Both the position numbers and the translations under genes were made by a program. The notes beneath the pieces are model-generated. The model saw only the letters and a program-made list of their open reading frames with translations. It searched no databases and had not been told where the DNA came from. From an uncultured Candidatus Saccharibacteria bacterium (GTDB taxonomy: Bacteria; Patescibacteriota; Minisyncoccia; Phycocordibacterales; SBAW01), in contig CAZYUH010000001.1 of the NCBI GenBank assembly GCA_964650645.1, positions 347,032-411,031 of the forward strand: 64,000 bases of DNA, read 5' to 3'. Within the stretch, counting starts at the first letter, position 1, and each line of letters begins with the position of its first letter. This document shows, piece by piece, positions 61,132 through 64,000 of the stretch.

Positions 61132-62160
61132 ATGAGCGGCAGCACCCGTTTTATCGCCGTCCTTTTCGGCCCCTTGGGCGATACGCTTATGGCATTGGCG
61201 CTTTTCGACGATATCGTGCGGACGCGTCCCGATGCGGAGCTTGTCATTTTGGCCCGCAGGGGCGCCCGGATGGCGCGTGCGCTTGCTGCCGAGTATAAGG
61301 GCGTGCGGGTGGTCGAGCTCCCGACAGGCCTCGGGGCGGTTCTGCCGCTGGCGCGAGTGCTCATGCGCCCGGGCGCGACGCTCCTTATGCTGGGGCTGTC
61401 TTCCGCGCCGCTATCCGCGCCGCTCAGGGCCTTTTTGCGCGCCTTTGCGCTGGTGCCCGGCAACAAATCCATCGGCTTTTACGATCCCGTGCTCGATACC
61501 GTGCTTGAGTACCGCGTATCCGAACGGATATACCAGAACTTCCGCCGGATGCTGCCGCACGCGCTGCCCGAATGGAAGGATACGGCGAGACTGCCCTCGG
61601 TGCGCCTGCCGCAGGCAGAGCCGCCGGGGTTCCCGTTCCGGCCCGGCGCATATGCCGTTTTCCATCTTTTCGGTACGAGCATAAGGCATGCGCTGCCTCC
61701 CGAGCGCTGGCGTACGCTGCTCGAGCATGCCCGCAAGGCGCATCCGGATCTGGGACTGGTGCTCACCGGAACTGCGGCGGAACGGGGTGCTATAGCGGAG
61801 GTGAGCGAAGGGCTTGCCGTGCATATCGCGACAAGCCTTTCGATGTCCGAGCTTGCATGGGTGATAGCAAATGCCGCGCTGTATGTCGGCATCGATACTG
61901 GCGTCACGCATGTCGCGGGCGTGCTGGGGCAGAAGAGCGTGATTTTGCGCCATTGCAGCGATCCCTCATGGATACCGGACTATAATCCGCGTGCGCGCGT
62001 TGTGTATAATGCGGCGCAGTGCAACCCTGATGATCCAAGGCGCTGCCTGATGATCGAGGAGGGCGGTCGCAGCTACCGGCGCTGCGCTTTCTTTGTATCC
62101 GATGAATTGCTGCGCGAGTCGTTCGAGCTTGCGCTATCGTCTCCTTGCCGGACGGCGTAG
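61132..62160 (+). CDS. Glycosyltransferase family 9
   Basis: GPLGDTLM, LPPERW, GIDTGVTHVAG. Confidence 0.82.
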   Translation: MSGSTRFIAVLFGPLGDTLMALALFDDIVRTRPDAELVILARRGARMARALAAEYKGVRVVELPTGLGAVLPLARVLMRPGATLLMLGLSSAPLSAPLRAFLRAFALVPGNKSIGFYDPVLDTVLEYRVSERIYQNFRRMLPHALPEWKDTARLPSVRLPQAEPPGFPFRPGAYAVFHLFGTSIRHALPPERWRTLLEHARKAHPDLGLVLTGTAAERGAIAEVSEGLAVHIATSLSMSELAWVIANAALYVGIDTGVTHVAGVLGQKSVILRHCSDPSWIPDYNPRARVVYNAAQCNPDDPRRCLMIEEGGRSYRRCAFFVSDELLRESFELALSSPCRTA

Positions 62161-63404
62161 ACAAGGGTTGTTGATATGATTGTAGCGAAAGCTCCCACTG
62201 CGAGTTTCCCCCAAATAAGCCCCCATAAGCCCCCGAGAAGCATGCCTGCCACCGGGAATCCAAGCTGCGCGAGCGGCGTGATGAAATTGACGATATAGAG
62301 ATCGCGGGTGCGTCTGAGGGCGGTGAGGACGGTGAGGGGCAGGAAATGCGCCGCGCTGAGAAATATTCCCGCGCTGTACAGAAGCGCGTATGGCACCGCG
62401 TCGGCATAGGCGGGAAAGAACAACCGGAAAAGTATCGGCACGGCTATGAGGGACAGGAGCGTCACGCCCAGTCCGGCGGCGTACGCGAAGAGCATCTTGC
62501 GCAGCAAGAGGGAGCGTATGTCGGCCATGCTGCGCTCGGCGAATTTTGGCAGCGCCGCCGAGCCAAGGAATTTGAAAAACATCCCATTAAGCCGTTCGGG
62601 TACCGCGCTTGCGAAGCTGTATATCGCCAGCGGCACGGGCCCGAGTATCTGGAATACCATAACCCCTTCGAGCTGCCCCATAACGCCGCCGAACAGGTTC
62701 ATGAAGCTCAGGTGCTTGCCGTAGGAAAGGGCCTCCGGGTCGACGCGGTTGTTGGGCTTGTACGACCGGATCATGTGCTGGTACAGGAAGAAAAGCACCA
62801 CCACCTGCACGCCCAGGTTCGTGCCGAGCACCACCAGCGGCGAGCCGGAAAGGTACGCAGCGGCGATGAGGGACGCGTAATACAGCGCGCTGAATGTGAG
62901 CCCGTAAAGCGTGTTTCCTCGGAAATCCCTTCGCCCGACCTGCAACGCCCCGTACGTGTTGTACGCGTACAGCAGCGGCGTTCCCAGCGCGATGATGGCG
63001 AGCCCGCCGGCCAGCAGCAGGTTGCCGTGGTACCAGTAATATCCCGCGACGGCCAGCGCGCCTGCCAGCGGTATCGCGCCCCATTTGATCTGCATGGCGA
63101 CGGAAGCGGCGAGCGTTCCCTCGTACCCCTGGGCTACGGCGCGAGTGACCGCCGTATTCATGCCGGTCAGCGTAAACGCGGTAGCGATGGAGAAAAAAGA
63201 GAGCAGGTACTGATAGGTGCCGTATTCTTCCTTGGAGAGGAAATGGGCGTACGCTATATACAGCACTAATGATAGGAATGCGGTAAAAAATGCGTTCAGG
63301 TTGCTCCAGAAGCCGGTGTGGGCGAGATAGACCATGTCGGTCTTGGTGTATCTCTCGCTCCAGCGCAAGAGTCGGATAAGCGGGTCGCGGGCTTGCAATA
63401 GCAT
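62073..63404 (-). CDS. wzx: Wzx-type oligosaccharide flippase
   Basis: About 12 TM segments; LSKEEYGTYQY, GMNTAVTR; 3' end overlaps the convergent GT9 by 88 nt. Confidence 0.82.
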   Translation of the reverse strand: MLLQARDPLIRLLRWSERYTKTDMVYLAHTGFWSNLNAFFTAFLSLVLYIAYAHFLSKEEYGTYQYLLSFFSIATAFTLTGMNTAVTRAVAQGYEGTLAASVAMQIKWGAIPLAGALAVAGYYWYHGNLLLAGGLAIIALGTPLLYAYNTYGALQVGRRDFRGNTLYGLTFSALYYASLIAAAYLSGSPLVVLGTNLGVQVVVLFFLYQHMIRSYKPNNRVDPEALSYGKHLSFMNLFGGVMGQLEGVMVFQILGPVPLAIYSFASAVPERLNGMFFKFLGSAALPKFAERSMADIRSLLLRKMLFAYAAGLGVTLLSLIAVPILFRLFFPAYADAVPYALLYSAGIFLSAAHFLPLTVLTALRRTRDLYIVNFITPLAQLGFPVAGMLLGGLWGLIWGKLAVGAFATIISTTLVYAVRQGDDSASSNDSRSNSSDTKKAQRR

Positions 63405-63502
63405 GTAGGGCTATTCTACAACCTTCGCCGGAGTTGCGGGGTTTCGTGCGCGGTTGCCTCGCGTAAGCAGTTCGCGCTACTATGCCTGTTAGATTGAACG
63501 GC

Positions 63503-63778
63503 ATGCGCGAGGGTTTTATGGGCATGGTAGTCGGCGGAAGGACGCTCGCTACGGAGGCGGTCCTGAAAGGCATACAGAGGCATCTCAAATGCGAAGGCGA
63601 TCTTGAGGGCGATATCACGCACGCCATACGGACCGCCTACCGGTGGCAGGAGAAGGAGAAGGGAATCGCCTTTCACTGGAAGGCCGTCGGGGAGGGGTAT
63701 AGCGATTACAAGTACAGGACGGGCGAGCTGCCCGAATGCGTCTACCGCTATTATGCCGAAGTGGTCGATCCGCAATAG
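63503..63778 (+). CDS. Small hypothetical protein
   Basis: TAGATT, 7 nt, ATG (alternative start 63518); terminator at about 63814-63853. Confidence 0.55.
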   Translation: MREGFMGMVVGGRTLATEAVLKGIQRHLKCEGDLEGDITHAIRTAYRWQEKEKGIAFHWKAVGEGYSDYKYRTGELPECVYRYYAEVVDPQ

Positions 63779-63917
63779 TGGGTCTAAGTTGGATAGTTTG
63801 CCTGGTCTAATCCGCCCGGGCCGCCATCGCGGCCCGGGCATTTTCTTTTTTTTGGGCCGTTGTGCCCGAGGGGCTGTGCGTGTATGGTCTTTAGAGACAA
63901 GCGCACAGGAGGGAAAT

Positions 63918-64000
63918 GTGCTGCACAAAATAAAAGACCATCTCTCAAAAAGCGCCGCAGCCTTTGCGGCGCTGAGCGAGGATGCCGTCCTGCACGAAGC
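63918..64000 (+). CDS. 5' end of a hypothetical gene running off the window
   Basis: AGGAGG, 5 nt, GTG; frame open to the window end. Confidence 0.4.
   Translation, partial: MLHKIKDHLSKSAAAFAALSEDAVLHE

Noticed and set aside
62073-62160. 88-nt convergent overlap of GT9 and wzx
   Set aside because: Likely stop-codon drift in a compact genome; both proteins appear complete

Overview
GC-rich chromosomal segment, most likely from a Patescibacteria (CPR, Parcubacteria-like) genome, inferred from the reduced 16S rRNA with primer-site substitutions, unlinked rRNA genes and typical gene content. Translation table 11 fits. Contents in order: a partial surface protein with a peptidoglycan-binding domain; L10 leader-rplJ-rplL; a stand-alone 23S-5S unit whose 23S carries an ORF-less group I intron at E. 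coli position 2593; rodA, glycan genes, folD and secDF; a separate 16S gene about 10 kb downstream; tRNA-Ile and tRNA-Leu; an RND pump and rlmB; a peptidoglycan cluster (murB, murA, fold-IV aminotransferase, mpl/murC, a frameshifted ATE/Bpt-like aminoacyl-tRNA transferase, PgeF-like); rsmI; a TraD/VirD4-like ATPase; and a ~23 kb surface-glycan locus. No CRISPR array, transposase or prophage was seen. Most notable observations: (1) the 16S lacks the anti-Shine-Dalgarno and continues into a ~200-nt GNRA-capped structured domain, while housekeeping genes look leaderless and orphan genes keep strong SD motifs; (2) an unlisted 51-aa uORF copies the N-terminus of the glycosyltransferase it overlaps and contains a possible RNA switch; (3) the intron P1 loop holds an antisense copy of the 5' exon and a decoy splice site; (4) an aa-tRNA transferase is coupled to a Mur ligase; (5) a small membrane-protein gene lies inside the 23S-5S transcript; (6) an 11-bp-phased array of DnaA-box-like motifs precedes the 16S promoter. 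Start sites, RNA structures and family calls were read by eye; no searches or folding programs were run.
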